Part shown: positions 31,828-39,341 of the stretch, in pieces
Numbering within the stretch: the stretch's first letter is position 1
Layout of the letters: each line of letters starts with the position of its first letter
Assembly: GCA_016184305.1 (NCBI GenBank)
Contig: JACPCX010000191.1
Coordinates: 1 to 39,341, forward strand
Origin: Candidatus Rokuibacteriota bacterium
Lineage (GTDB): Bacteria > Methylomirabilota > Methylomirabilia > Rokubacteriales > CSP1-6
Reading direction: 5' to 3'
Length of the DNA: 39,341 nucleotides
Notes under the pieces: model-generated
Told to the model about the DNA's origin: nothing
Seen by the model: the letters and a program-made list of their open reading frames with translations, nothing else
The model's database searches: none
Made by a program: the position numbers and the translations under genes

Positions 31828-32276
31828 TCAGCGGGTGGCTTCGACGGCGATGCGGACCAGCGTGCCCCCGGGGAGCGTTCCGGAGAGATCCAGGGTGCGG
31901 CCGCCGACCTCGAGCCGATGCTCGGTGTACGGATGGACGAACAGCGAAAGCTCCGGGAGGCGCTGGTTCAGGCCGAACTGGCGGATGAGGCCGTCGCGGA
32001 TCTCGTACTGGTCGCCCGGCTGTAGCTCCGGAAGCCCGGGCCCGAAGGTGCCGAAGGAGGTCTCGCGGACGACGAGATCCCCCGCGACGCCCACCTCGAA
32101 GATGCCGCCCACCCGCGTCTGCGAGACGGAGTGCACGTAGGACAGGGTGAAGCGCTCGCGGGGGGCCACCAGGAGCCGCAGGAGGACGCGGCCGGCCTTG
32201 GCGTCCTTATGACGGCGAGCAGGCCGCGAAAACGACTGCGCGAGCGCCAGCGGCGACGACGGACGACCACCGCCAC
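31828..32276 (-). pseudogene. DUF1850-family protein with frameshifted 5' end
   Basis: 'FTLSYVHSVSQT.V...F.V', 'TFGPGLP'; directly downstream of a TAXI gene end; the RBS-proximal start (GTG ~32276) is out of frame with the conserved body. Confidence 0.65.
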
Positions 32277-32283
32277 TCCTCCG

Positions 32284-32540
32284 CTACTTCTTGACGCCCT
32301 TCTCCTTGAAGAACTTCTCCGCGCCGGGGTGCAGGGGGATCGGCATGCCGTTGAGCGCCGTCTCGAGCGTCAGGCTCTTGGCCGCCGAGTGCGCCTCGTG
32401 GAACTGCTTGAGGTCGTCGAAGATGGCCTTGGTGAACTTGTAGACCAGGTCCTCCGGCAGCTCGGCCCTGGCCACCATCATCGCCATGACAGCCACCGTC
32501 TGCGCCTCGGCCTGGTCCTTGTAGGTGTTGGCGGGCACTT
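32284..32540 (-). pseudogene. C-terminal fragment of a TAXI-family TRAP solute-binding protein
   Basis: VPANTY, 'LPEDLVYKFTKAIF', 'IPLHPGAEKFFKE'; similarity ends near 32540 and there is no signal peptide. Confidence 0.85.
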
Positions 32541-32643
32541 GAAGCCTCCTTGAGGGGTGGTCGAATGGATGGCGCTCCGGGACGGGCCGGAGGTGCCGCA
32601 AGGATAGGAGCAATCATGGTGCCGGTCAAGGCCGTCAGGCGCC

Positions 32644-32672
32644 TTGACGCCCTGCGAAGCGGCTCTTACACT
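32644..32672 (+). promoter_or_regulatory. sigma70-type promoter, probably leaderless
   Basis: TTGACG-17 nt-TACACT, with 8 nt to ATG 32681 and no RBS. Confidence 0.65.
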
Positions 32673-32680
32673 AGCGCGCG

Positions 32681-34789
32681 ATGGCCCTGTCCTCACGCGG
32701 CACTTCCCGCATCGGCGTCGATATCGGCGGCACGTTCACGGATCTCGTCTGGGTGGACGAGGCCACGGGCGCGGTGCGCGTCGGCAAGGTGCTCACGACG
32801 CCGAAGGATCCCGCACAGGCGGTGGAGCAAGGAATCGTGGCGCTGCTTCAGGAAGCCGGGAGCGCGCCCGCGAGCGTCCGCACACTCATCCACGGCACAA
32901 CGCTGGCGACCAACGCGCTCATCGAGCGCAAGGGCGCCCGGACCGGTCTGCTCACCACGGCGGGCTTCCGCGACGCGCTCGAGATCGGCCGCGAGGGGCG
33001 GTACGACATGTACGATCTCTTCATCGACCAGCCCACTCCCCTCGTCCCGCGCCACCTGCGCCTGGAGGTCCCGGAGCGGCTCCTCCCGGACGGCAGCGTC
33101 CTCCGCGCGCTCGACGAAGAGGGGGCGCGGGCGGCCATCGCCGCCCTCATGGCCCAGGGCGTGGAGGCCATCGCGATCTCGCTGCTCCACGCCTACCGCA
33201 ATCCTGCCCACGAGCGAATCCTCGCCGCCCTGGTCGCACAGATGGCCCCTGGCCTGCCCGTCTCCTGCTCGTCCGAGGTGGTGCCCGAGATCCGCGAGTT
33301 CGAGCGCACCTCGACCACCGTGGCCAACGTGTACGTGATGCCGCTCATGGCACGCTACCTCGACGACCTCGAGCGCAAGCTCGCCGAGATGGGCATCCCC
33401 GGGCGCTTCTACATCATGCTCTCCTCGGGCGGCATCGCCACGCCCGAGACGGCCAAGCGGTTGCCGATCCGCCTCGTGGAGTCGGGCCCCGCGGCCGGCG
33501 CCCTGGCCGCGGCGCAGGCGGCGCGACAGATGAGCGCCGACCGGCTGCTCTCCTTCGACATGGGCGGCACCACGGCCAAGGCCTGCGTCATCGACGGCGG
33601 CCAGCCCCTCGTGGCGCGCGAGTTCGAGGTGGCCCGCGCCGACCGCTTCAAGAAGGGCTCGGGGCTGCCGATCCGCGTCCCCGTCATCGAGATGATCGAG
33701 ATCGGCGCCGGCGGCGGCTCCATCGCGCGCGTGGACCGGATGGGGCTCTTGAAGGTCGGCCCCCGGAGCGCCGGCGCCGATCCGGGCCCGGCCTGCTATG
33801 CTCTCGGCGGCACCGAGCCCACCGTCACCGACGCCGACCTCCTCCTCGGCTACCTCGACCCCGACTTCTTCCTCGGGGGCCGCATGCGGCTCGACGTGGA
33901 CGCTGCCCGCCGCGCCATCGAGGAGCGCGTGGCGGGCCCCATGGGGCTGTCCCTCATCGAGGCCGCCTGGGGCATCCACCGCGTGGTCAACGAGAACATG
34001 GCCGCCGCGGCCCGCATCCACGGCATTGAGCGCGGCCGTGACCTGCGGGCCTACCCGCTCTTCGCCTTCGGGGGCGCGGGTCCCGTGCATGCCTGGAACG
34101 TGGGCCGCATCCTGAAGGTCCCCCGCGTCCTGATCCCCTTCGCCGCCGGCGCCATCTCGGCCTATGGCCTCCTGGCCGCGCCGCTGGCCTTCGACTTCGT
34201 GCGCACGGCCCCCCAGGGGCTCGACCGTGCCGACTGGGGGCAGGTCAACCGGCTCCTGTCCGAGATGGAGGCGGAAGGACGGGAGGTGCTGAGCCGCGCG
34301 GGGGTGGCCGAGCGGGACATGGCCTTTCGCCGCAGCGCCGAGATGCGCTACCTGGGCCAGGGGCACGAGGTGGAGGGCGCCGTCCCCGGGGGCTCGCTCG
34401 GGCCGCAGAGCCTCGCGCCCGTCACGGCCGCCTTCGAGGACGCCTACCGGCGGCTCTACAGCCGGACGCCAATGGGCGTCGCCATCGAGGCGCTGAACTG
34501 GCGCGTCGTGGTCTCGGGCCCCGCGCCGAGCGTCTCGGCCAAGGAGGGCCCAGCCGAGGGGCCCAGCTCCGCAGGCATCGAGCCCGACGTCAAGAAACGC
34601 CGGCGGGCCTACTTCCCCGAGGCGGGGGGCCACGCGGACACGCCGGTCTACGACCGCTATGCCCTCCGCCACGGCATGTGCATAGACGGGCCCGCCATCA
34701 TCGAGGAGCGCGAGTCCACGACGATCATCGGCCCCGGGGCCATCGTCCAGGTGGACGGGCGGCTCACCCTCGTGGCGAGACTGCTCTGA
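32681..34789 (+). CDS. Hydantoinase A/5-oxoprolinase family ATP-dependent subunit
   Basis: GVDIGGTFTD, HGTTLATNALIE, ESGPAAG, DMGGTT, IGAGGGSIA, SAGADPGPACY, FGGAGP. Confidence 0.93.
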   Translation: MALSSRGTSRIGVDIGGTFTDLVWVDEATGAVRVGKVLTTPKDPAQAVEQGIVALLQEAGSAPASVRTLIHGTTLATNALIERKGARTGLLTTAGFRDALEIGREGRYDMYDLFIDQPTPLVPRHLRLEVPERLLPDGSVLRALDEEGARAAIAALMAQGVEAIAISLLHAYRNPAHERILAALVAQMAPGLPVSCSSEVVPEIREFERTSTTVANVYVMPLMARYLDDLERKLAEMGIPGRFYIMLSSGGIATPETAKRLPIRLVESGPAAGALAAAQAARQMSADRLLSFDMGGTTAKACVIDGGQPLVAREFEVARADRFKKGSGLPIRVPVIEMIEIGAGGGSIARVDRMGLLKVGPRSAGADPGPACYALGGTEPTVTDADLLLGYLDPDFFLGGRMRLDVDAARRAIEERVAGPMGLSLIEAAWGIHRVVNENMAAAARIHGIERGRDLRAYPLFAFGGAGPVHAWNVGRILKVPRVLIPFAAGAISAYGLLAAPLAFDFVRTAPQGLDRADWGQVNRLLSEMEAEGREVLSRAGVAERDMAFRRSAEMRYLGQGHEVEGAVPGGSLGPQSLAPVTAAFEDAYRRLYSRTPMGVAIEALNWRVVVSGPAPSVSAKEGPAEGPSSAGIEPDVKKRRRAYFPEAGGHADTPVYDRYALRHGMCIDGPAIIEERESTTIIGPGAIVQVDGRLTLVARLL

Positions 34790-35601
34790 TGCGCCCGACC
34801 GATCACGCCTACGTCCCTCGGGAGGCCCTGGCCGTATTGACCGCGCGGACCCTCGAGAACAGCCACCGCTGTCTTCTCGAGGTCCTCGAGCCGGGCATGA
34901 CGGTGCTCGACGTCGGCTGCGGTCCCGGCACGCTCACCATGGGGATAGCCCGGCGTGTGGACCCTGGCAGCGTGGTGGGGATGGACCTCAACCCCGAGAT
35001 GATCGCCGCCGCCGAGAAGGCGAGCCCGCCCGGCCAGATCCCGAACCTCGTCTTCTACAAGGGCGACGTCCGCCAGAGCGGCTGGCAGGCGGAGTTCGAC
35101 CTGGTCAACGCTGCGCGTGTCCTGCAGTGGATCCCCGACGCCGAGACCGCGCTCGGAGCCATGGCGCGCGCCGTGAGGGCCGGCGGCCAGGTGGTCGTTC
35201 TCGACTACGACCACACGAGGGCCGAGTGGAGCCGGCCGCCTGGCGCCTGGACGAGCTTCTACCGGGCCTTCCTCGAGTGGCGCGAGGCCGGAGGGCTCGA
35301 CAACGCCATCATCGGGCGGGTGCCGGGGATGTGCAGCGCCGCCGGTCTCGTGGACATCCGCGTGACGCCGCTCGTCGAGACGGTGCGGTCCGGCGACGCG
35401 GACTTCCTGCGCGTGGCCGGTGCCTGGCGGCTCGTGGCCGACAGCCGGGGACGCCAGATGGTCGCGGCAGGCCATCTCGACGAGGACGAGCGCCTGGCCG
35501 CCGTCCAGGCCTTCACCGCCTGGATGCAGACGGAGGACGCCGCGCAGACTACCCACGAGGCCTGCGTGGTGGCCCGCCGGCCCCCGGAGTCCCGCCGGTG
35601 A
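34789..35601 (+). CDS. Class I SAM-dependent methyltransferase
   Basis: VLDVGCGPG motif I, 'VVGMD', 'FDLVNAARVLQW'; TGATG-coupled to the A subunit. Confidence 0.9.
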   Translation: MRPTDHAYVPREALAVLTARTLENSHRCLLEVLEPGMTVLDVGCGPGTLTMGIARRVDPGSVVGMDLNPEMIAAAEKASPPGQIPNLVFYKGDVRQSGWQAEFDLVNAARVLQWIPDAETALGAMARAVRAGGQVVVLDYDHTRAEWSRPPGAWTSFYRAFLEWREAGGLDNAIIGRVPGMCSAAGLVDIRVTPLVETVRSGDADFLRVAGAWRLVADSRGRQMVAAGHLDEDERLAAVQAFTAWMQTEDAAQTTHEACVVARRPPESRR

Positions 35602-35606
35602 GCGCC

Positions 35607-37229
35607 ATGGATCCCGTCACGCTCGACATCTGCTGGAACCGGCTGATCGGCGTGGTCAACGAGCAGGCGGCCGCGCTGCAGCGGACCTCGTTCACCTCCG
35701 TGGTGCGGGAGGCCGGCGATCTCTCGGCAGGGGTCTTCGACCGCCGTGGCTACATGATCGCCCAGGCCGTGACGGGCACGCCGGGCCACATCAACTCCAT
35801 GGCGCTCTGCATGAAGCACGTGCTCGCGGCGCACCCCATCGGGTCGCTCCGGGCCGGCGATGTCCTCATCACCAACGATCCCTGGAAGACCTCCGGGCAC
35901 CTCAACGACGTCACGATCGTGACCCCGGTCTTCAGGGGGCGGCACTGCGTCGCGCTCTTCGCCTCCACCTGCCACACGGCCGACATCGGCGGGCATGTGC
36001 TCTCCGCGGAGGCGCGCGAGGTATACGAGGAGGGGCTCTTCATCCCCATCATGAAGCTCTACGAGGCGGGCGACCTGAACACCTCGCTGGCCGCGCTCAT
36101 CCAGGCCAATACCCGCCTCCCCGACCTCGTGATGGGGGACTTCCATGCCCAGATCGCCGGGGGGGCCGTGGGCGGCGACAGGCTGCTGGAGTTCATGGAG
36201 GAGTTCGGCCTCGACACGCTCGAGCCGCTGGCGGACAAGATCATCGGCAGGACCGAGCGCGCCATGCGGGAGTCCATTGCCCGCCTCAGGCCGGGGGCCT
36301 ACACCTACAGCATCACCTCCGACGGCTTCGGGGAGCCCGTCACCATCGCGGTGCGCTGCGAGGTGCGCGGCGACGAGCTCCACGTCGATTACGCGGGCTC
36401 CTCGCCCGAGAGCCGGCGCGGCATCAACGTCGTGATGAACTACACGGAGGCCTACACCACCTACGGGGTGAAGATCGTCGTGAGCCCGGATGTGCCCAAC
36501 AACGAGGGCGCGTTCCGTCCGCTCCGGATCACGGCACCCGAGGGCAGCATCCTCAACTGCCGCCCTCCGGCGCCCGTGGCCGCGCGCCACATCATCGGCC
36601 ACCTCCTGCCCCACGTGGTGGCGGGCGCCCTGAAGGAGGCGCTCCCGGAGCACGTGATGGCCGAGGGCTCCGCCAACATCTGGGGAGTCCAGGTGGCGGG
36701 CAAGGACGAGGCCGGCACGCCCTTCACCTACATCTTCTTCACCTCGGGCGGCACGGGGGCGCGGAGCAGCAAGGACGGGCTCTCCGCCACGGCCTTCCCT
36801 TCGGGGGTGCTGGGCACGCCGGTGGAGGTCATCGAGTCGCTGTCGCCGCTCATCGTCGAGAAGAAGGCGCTGCGCGAGGAGTCGGGGGGCGACGGCCGGT
36901 ATCGCGGCGGGCTCGGCCAGGAGATCGCTTTCCGCGTGCGGACCCGCGAGCCTTATGTCTGCTCGGTCCTCTGCGACCGCACCCGCGTCCCGGCCCAGGG
37001 TTTCTTCGGCGGCGAGTCCGGCGCCCCGGGCGAGGTACTCGTGAACGGCCGCGCGCCCGCCAACCCCAAGGCCGAGCAGGCGCTGCCTCCCGACGCGCTG
37101 GTGGAGATCCGTCTTCCGGGCGGCGGCGGCTACGGCCCGCCGGCCCAGCGCGATCCGGCGCTCAGGGCCCGCGACAGGCTGGAGGGCTACGCGACAGGAA
37201 CGCCTTCCGTGCCGGTGTCGGAGGCTTGA
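35607..37229 (+). CDS. Hydantoinase B/5-oxoprolinase family subunit
   Basis: MDPVTL, RTSFTSVVREAGD, NDPW..SGHLND, H.ADIGG, EEGL, SGGDG.YRGGLG, GGGGYG. Confidence 0.93.
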   Translation: MDPVTLDICWNRLIGVVNEQAAALQRTSFTSVVREAGDLSAGVFDRRGYMIAQAVTGTPGHINSMALCMKHVLAAHPIGSLRAGDVLITNDPWKTSGHLNDVTIVTPVFRGRHCVALFASTCHTADIGGHVLSAEAREVYEEGLFIPIMKLYEAGDLNTSLAALIQANTRLPDLVMGDFHAQIAGGAVGGDRLLEFMEEFGLDTLEPLADKIIGRTERAMRESIARLRPGAYTYSITSDGFGEPVTIAVRCEVRGDELHVDYAGSSPESRRGINVVMNYTEAYTTYGVKIVVSPDVPNNEGAFRPLRITAPEGSILNCRPPAPVAARHIIGHLLPHVVAGALKEALPEHVMAEGSANIWGVQVAGKDEAGTPFTYIFFTSGGTGARSSKDGLSATAFPSGVLGTPVEVIESLSPLIVEKKALREESGGDGRYRGGLGQEIAFRVRTREPYVCSVLCDRTRVPAQGFFGGESGAPGEVLVNGRAPANPKAEQALPPDALVEIRLPGGGGYGPPAQRDPALRARDRLEGYATGTPSVPVSEA

Positions 37230-37377
37230 AGACGGAGGTTTCCAGCGCGGCTGACGGCGCCAGGCTCCGCGTCAGGAAGGCGGGCGGAGAGCACGGTCTG
37301 GTGGCTGACTACGACTGTTGGCCCGATACCATGAGCCCACCGGACGCCGGGAGCCCCAAGCCGTCAAACTGACCCAC

Positions 37378-37530
37378 CACCTGTTCGCCCTTGACGTTTT
37401 GGCGCGTCCACGCTGTGGCGGCCAGCTGCGTCTCATCGCCCCCCTGCAGGACTCCCACGCCGTGCGCACGATCCTCGCCCACCTCGGTCTCTGGCTCTCC
37501 CCCGAGCCCCCCGGCCAGCCCCACCCGCGC
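37378..37530 (+). mobile_element. Degenerate C-terminal remnant of an IS91-like (Y2/HUH) transposase
   Basis: LFALDVLARPRCGGQLRLIA.LQD...VRTILAHLGL matches the 'F..DVL.CP.CGG.LRLIA...DP..I..IL.HLGL' tail, with the first Cys lost. Confidence 0.6.
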
Positions 37531-37592
37531 GAGCCACCCTCGCGTAGCCCCGCCGCGCGCGTCGGCGGGGACCTCTGCTACACTACGGGCTG

Positions 37593-37895
37593 ATGGCCGA
37601 CGACGGCCCGAAGAGCGCGTTCGAGCTGGCGATGGAGCGGCTCCGGCAGAAGGACAAGGAGGCCGGCGTCGACGAGCGCCCACTCACCGACACGCAGAAG
37701 GCCGCCATCGCCGAGGCCCGCCAGTTCTACGAAGCGAAGGTCGCCGAGCGCGAGATCCTCCACCAGGCCGCGCTTCACCAGGCCGGGACCCAGGAGGAGG
37801 TCGAAAGGCTGGCCGAGGACCTCCGGCGCGACAAGGAGAGGCTGGCGAGCGATCGCGACCGGAAGATCGCCACGGCCAGGAGAGGGGAGTCCTAG
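37593..37895 (+). CDS. Conserved hypothetical helical/coiled-coil protein
   Basis: MADDGPKSAFELAMERL...; host-like codon usage; extended -10 TGCTACACT at 37576-37584. Confidence 0.75.
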   Translation: MADDGPKSAFELAMERLRQKDKEAGVDERPLTDTQKAAIAEARQFYEAKVAEREILHQAALHQAGTQEEVERLAEDLRRDKERLASDRDRKIATARRGES

Positions 37896-38002
37896 CGCGA
37901 CGGGGCAGCGGGTCGCCGCTCCGAGTCGACGGCCCCGGCTCCACCGAATTCGACGCGGGAAGGGCTCACGCCCGCGCCGCGAATGACAGGGGGAACACCA
38001 CC

Positions 38003-38776
38003 ATGCCGACGATCGTCCGCGACGGAATCAAGCTGGCCTACGAGGATCGGGGGGCCGGCCGGCCCGCATTCGTGTTCGTCCACGGCTGGACCTGCAACCG
38101 GTCCTTCTTCGCCCCCCAGGCGGAGTACTTCGCCCGGCGGCACCGCGTGGTGTCCCTCGACCTGCGCGGCCACGGCGAGAGCGACAAGCCGGAGGGGCCG
38201 TATCCGATCGCCGCCTACGCCGACGACATCGCGCACGTGATCGGCCAGCTCGGCCTCGGCAAGGTCGTGGCCGTCGGACACAGCATGGGCGGCATCACCG
38301 TCCTGCAGCTCGGCGCCGCCCACCCCGACAAGACGGCCGGCATCGTCATGGTCGATCCGGCGCCGCTCGTCTTCCCGCCCGAGCTCAAGGCCGGCGTCGA
38401 GGCCATCGTGAGCGCCATGGAGGCGGGGAACCAGGAGCCGCGCCGGCAGTTCATCGCGAACAACCTCTTCATGCCGAGCTCCGACAAGAGGCTCGTGGAC
38501 GAGGTGCTGAAGGTCATGATGGCCGCGCCCAGCCACGTCGCCGCCGCCGCGATGAAGGGGATCCTCGCTTTCGACGGGCCCGCCGTCGCCGCCCGGTGCC
38601 AGGTCCCGGCGCTCCACCTGGCCGCCACGCCGCCGCTCAACCCGCCGCACCTCATGTCGCAATGGCTGCCGACCGTCGTCAACGGCTGGACGGTGGGCGC
38701 CGGCCACTTCAACATGATGGAAGTGCCCGATCAGGTGAACGCGATGATCGAGGGCTTCCTCCGCCACCACGTCTGA
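38003..38776 (+). CDS. Alpha/beta hydrolase
   Basis: FVHGW, DLRGHGES, nucleophile GHSMGG, C-terminal GAGHF. Confidence 0.92.
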   Translation: MPTIVRDGIKLAYEDRGAGRPAFVFVHGWTCNRSFFAPQAEYFARRHRVVSLDLRGHGESDKPEGPYPIAAYADDIAHVIGQLGLGKVVAVGHSMGGITVLQLGAAHPDKTAGIVMVDPAPLVFPPELKAGVEAIVSAMEAGNQEPRRQFIANNLFMPSSDKRLVDEVLKVMMAAPSHVAAAAMKGILAFDGPAVAARCQVPALHLAATPPLNPPHLMSQWLPTVVNGWTVGAGHFNMMEVPDQVNAMIEGFLRHHV

Positions 38777-38930
38777 CGCGGGCGAGCACGAGTGAGGCGG
38801 CCCTCTCGGCGTGCCAAAGGCGCTGTACGACGCCTTGCCCGTAGACGAGCCCGAGCGCCGGCGGCGCCAGCGAGTAGCCGAGGAAAGGGGGAGCATGCGG
38901 CGGATCTCGTCCCGCGTCGCCTGGCCCTTA

Positions 38931-38946
38931 TGGCACGCCCCGTGCT
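38931..38946 (+). promoter_or_regulatory. sigma54 (-24/-12) promoter
   Basis: TGGCACGCCCCGTGCT: GG-N10-GC with a canonical TGGCAC. Confidence 0.7.
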
Positions 38947-39053
38947 AGACTCTGGCTGCCGTCACCGAGGTCACTCCGATGCACACACCTCATGAAGCGG
39001 ATCGAGCCCACGCATCGAATGCCCACGCATCCACCGGCGGAGGTCACCTGCCC

Positions 39054-39341
39054 ATGCTGACGAAGCTCACGGCCCTCACCGCATCCCTGCTCCTCGCGCT
39101 GTCGATCGTGTCCGAGGCGCCTGCCCAGGCACCGAAGGAGATCGTCATCGGCGTCCTCTACCCGCTCTCGGGCCCCGTGGCCCAGGTGGGCATCGACTCG
39201 GTGAACGCGGTCAAGCTCGCCACCGAGATCATCAACACCGGTGGCTCCACGCTCAACCTCCCGCTGGGCAAGACGGCCGGGCTGCCGGGGCTCGGCGGCG
39301 CCAAGATCCGGCTCGTCATCGTGGACCACCAGGGCAAGCCC
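39054..39341 (+). CDS. ABC transporter substrate-binding protein, LivJ-like (partial, 5' end)
   Basis: MLTKLTAL... signal peptide, 'IVIGVLYPLSG', 'GLPGLGGAKIRLVIVDHQGKP'; GGAGG RBS; runs off the window end. Confidence 0.85.
   Translation, partial: MLTKLTALTASLLLALSIVSEAPAQAPKEIVIGVLYPLSGPVAQVGIDSVNAVKLATEIINTGGSTLNLPLGKTAGLPGLGGAKIRLVIVDHQGKP

Noticed and set aside
39001..39031. Short direct repeat GCCCACGCATC x2 in the leader of the last gene
   Set aside because: Only two 11-nt copies; could be chance or a micro-duplication, with no supporting structure.

Overview
High-GC bacterial chromosomal window; GC content and gene style suggest Methylomirabilota/Rokubacteria-like soil bacteria (inference only). 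1-13.8 kb is a type IV pilus locus: the 3' end of a Ser/Thr-rich pilin-like gene with a strong hairpin, two tandem TMTC-like (GT-C membrane domain + TPR) putative protein O-mannosyltransferases separated by a four-copy ~62-bp repeat, prepilin peptidase pilD, a sigma54-type promoter, four minor pilins, a TPR lipoprotein and pilMNOPQ. 13.8-19.9 kb is housekeeping (aroC, aroB, TPR protein, efp, accB, accC, thiE). 19.9-29.4 kb holds a liv-type ABC transporter (livM broken by an internal deletion and frameshift), a MaoC-like gene, an ornithine cyclodeaminase/mu-crystallin gene paired with an FAD-dependent amino-acid oxidoreductase, and a third GT-C glycosyltransferase. 29.4-32.6 kb is a mosaic of about seven gene fragments around an intact RelE/ParE toxin-antitoxin pair. 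32.7-39.3 kb holds hydantoinase/oxoprolinase A and B split by a SAM methyltransferase, an IS91-like remnant, a hypothetical protein, an alpha/beta hydrolase and the 5' end of a sigma54-preceded ABC binding protein. The best candidate for an undescribed system is pilin O-glycosylation by bacterial TMTC homologues encoded inside the pilin operon. All calls are by-eye motif recognition; no searches were run.
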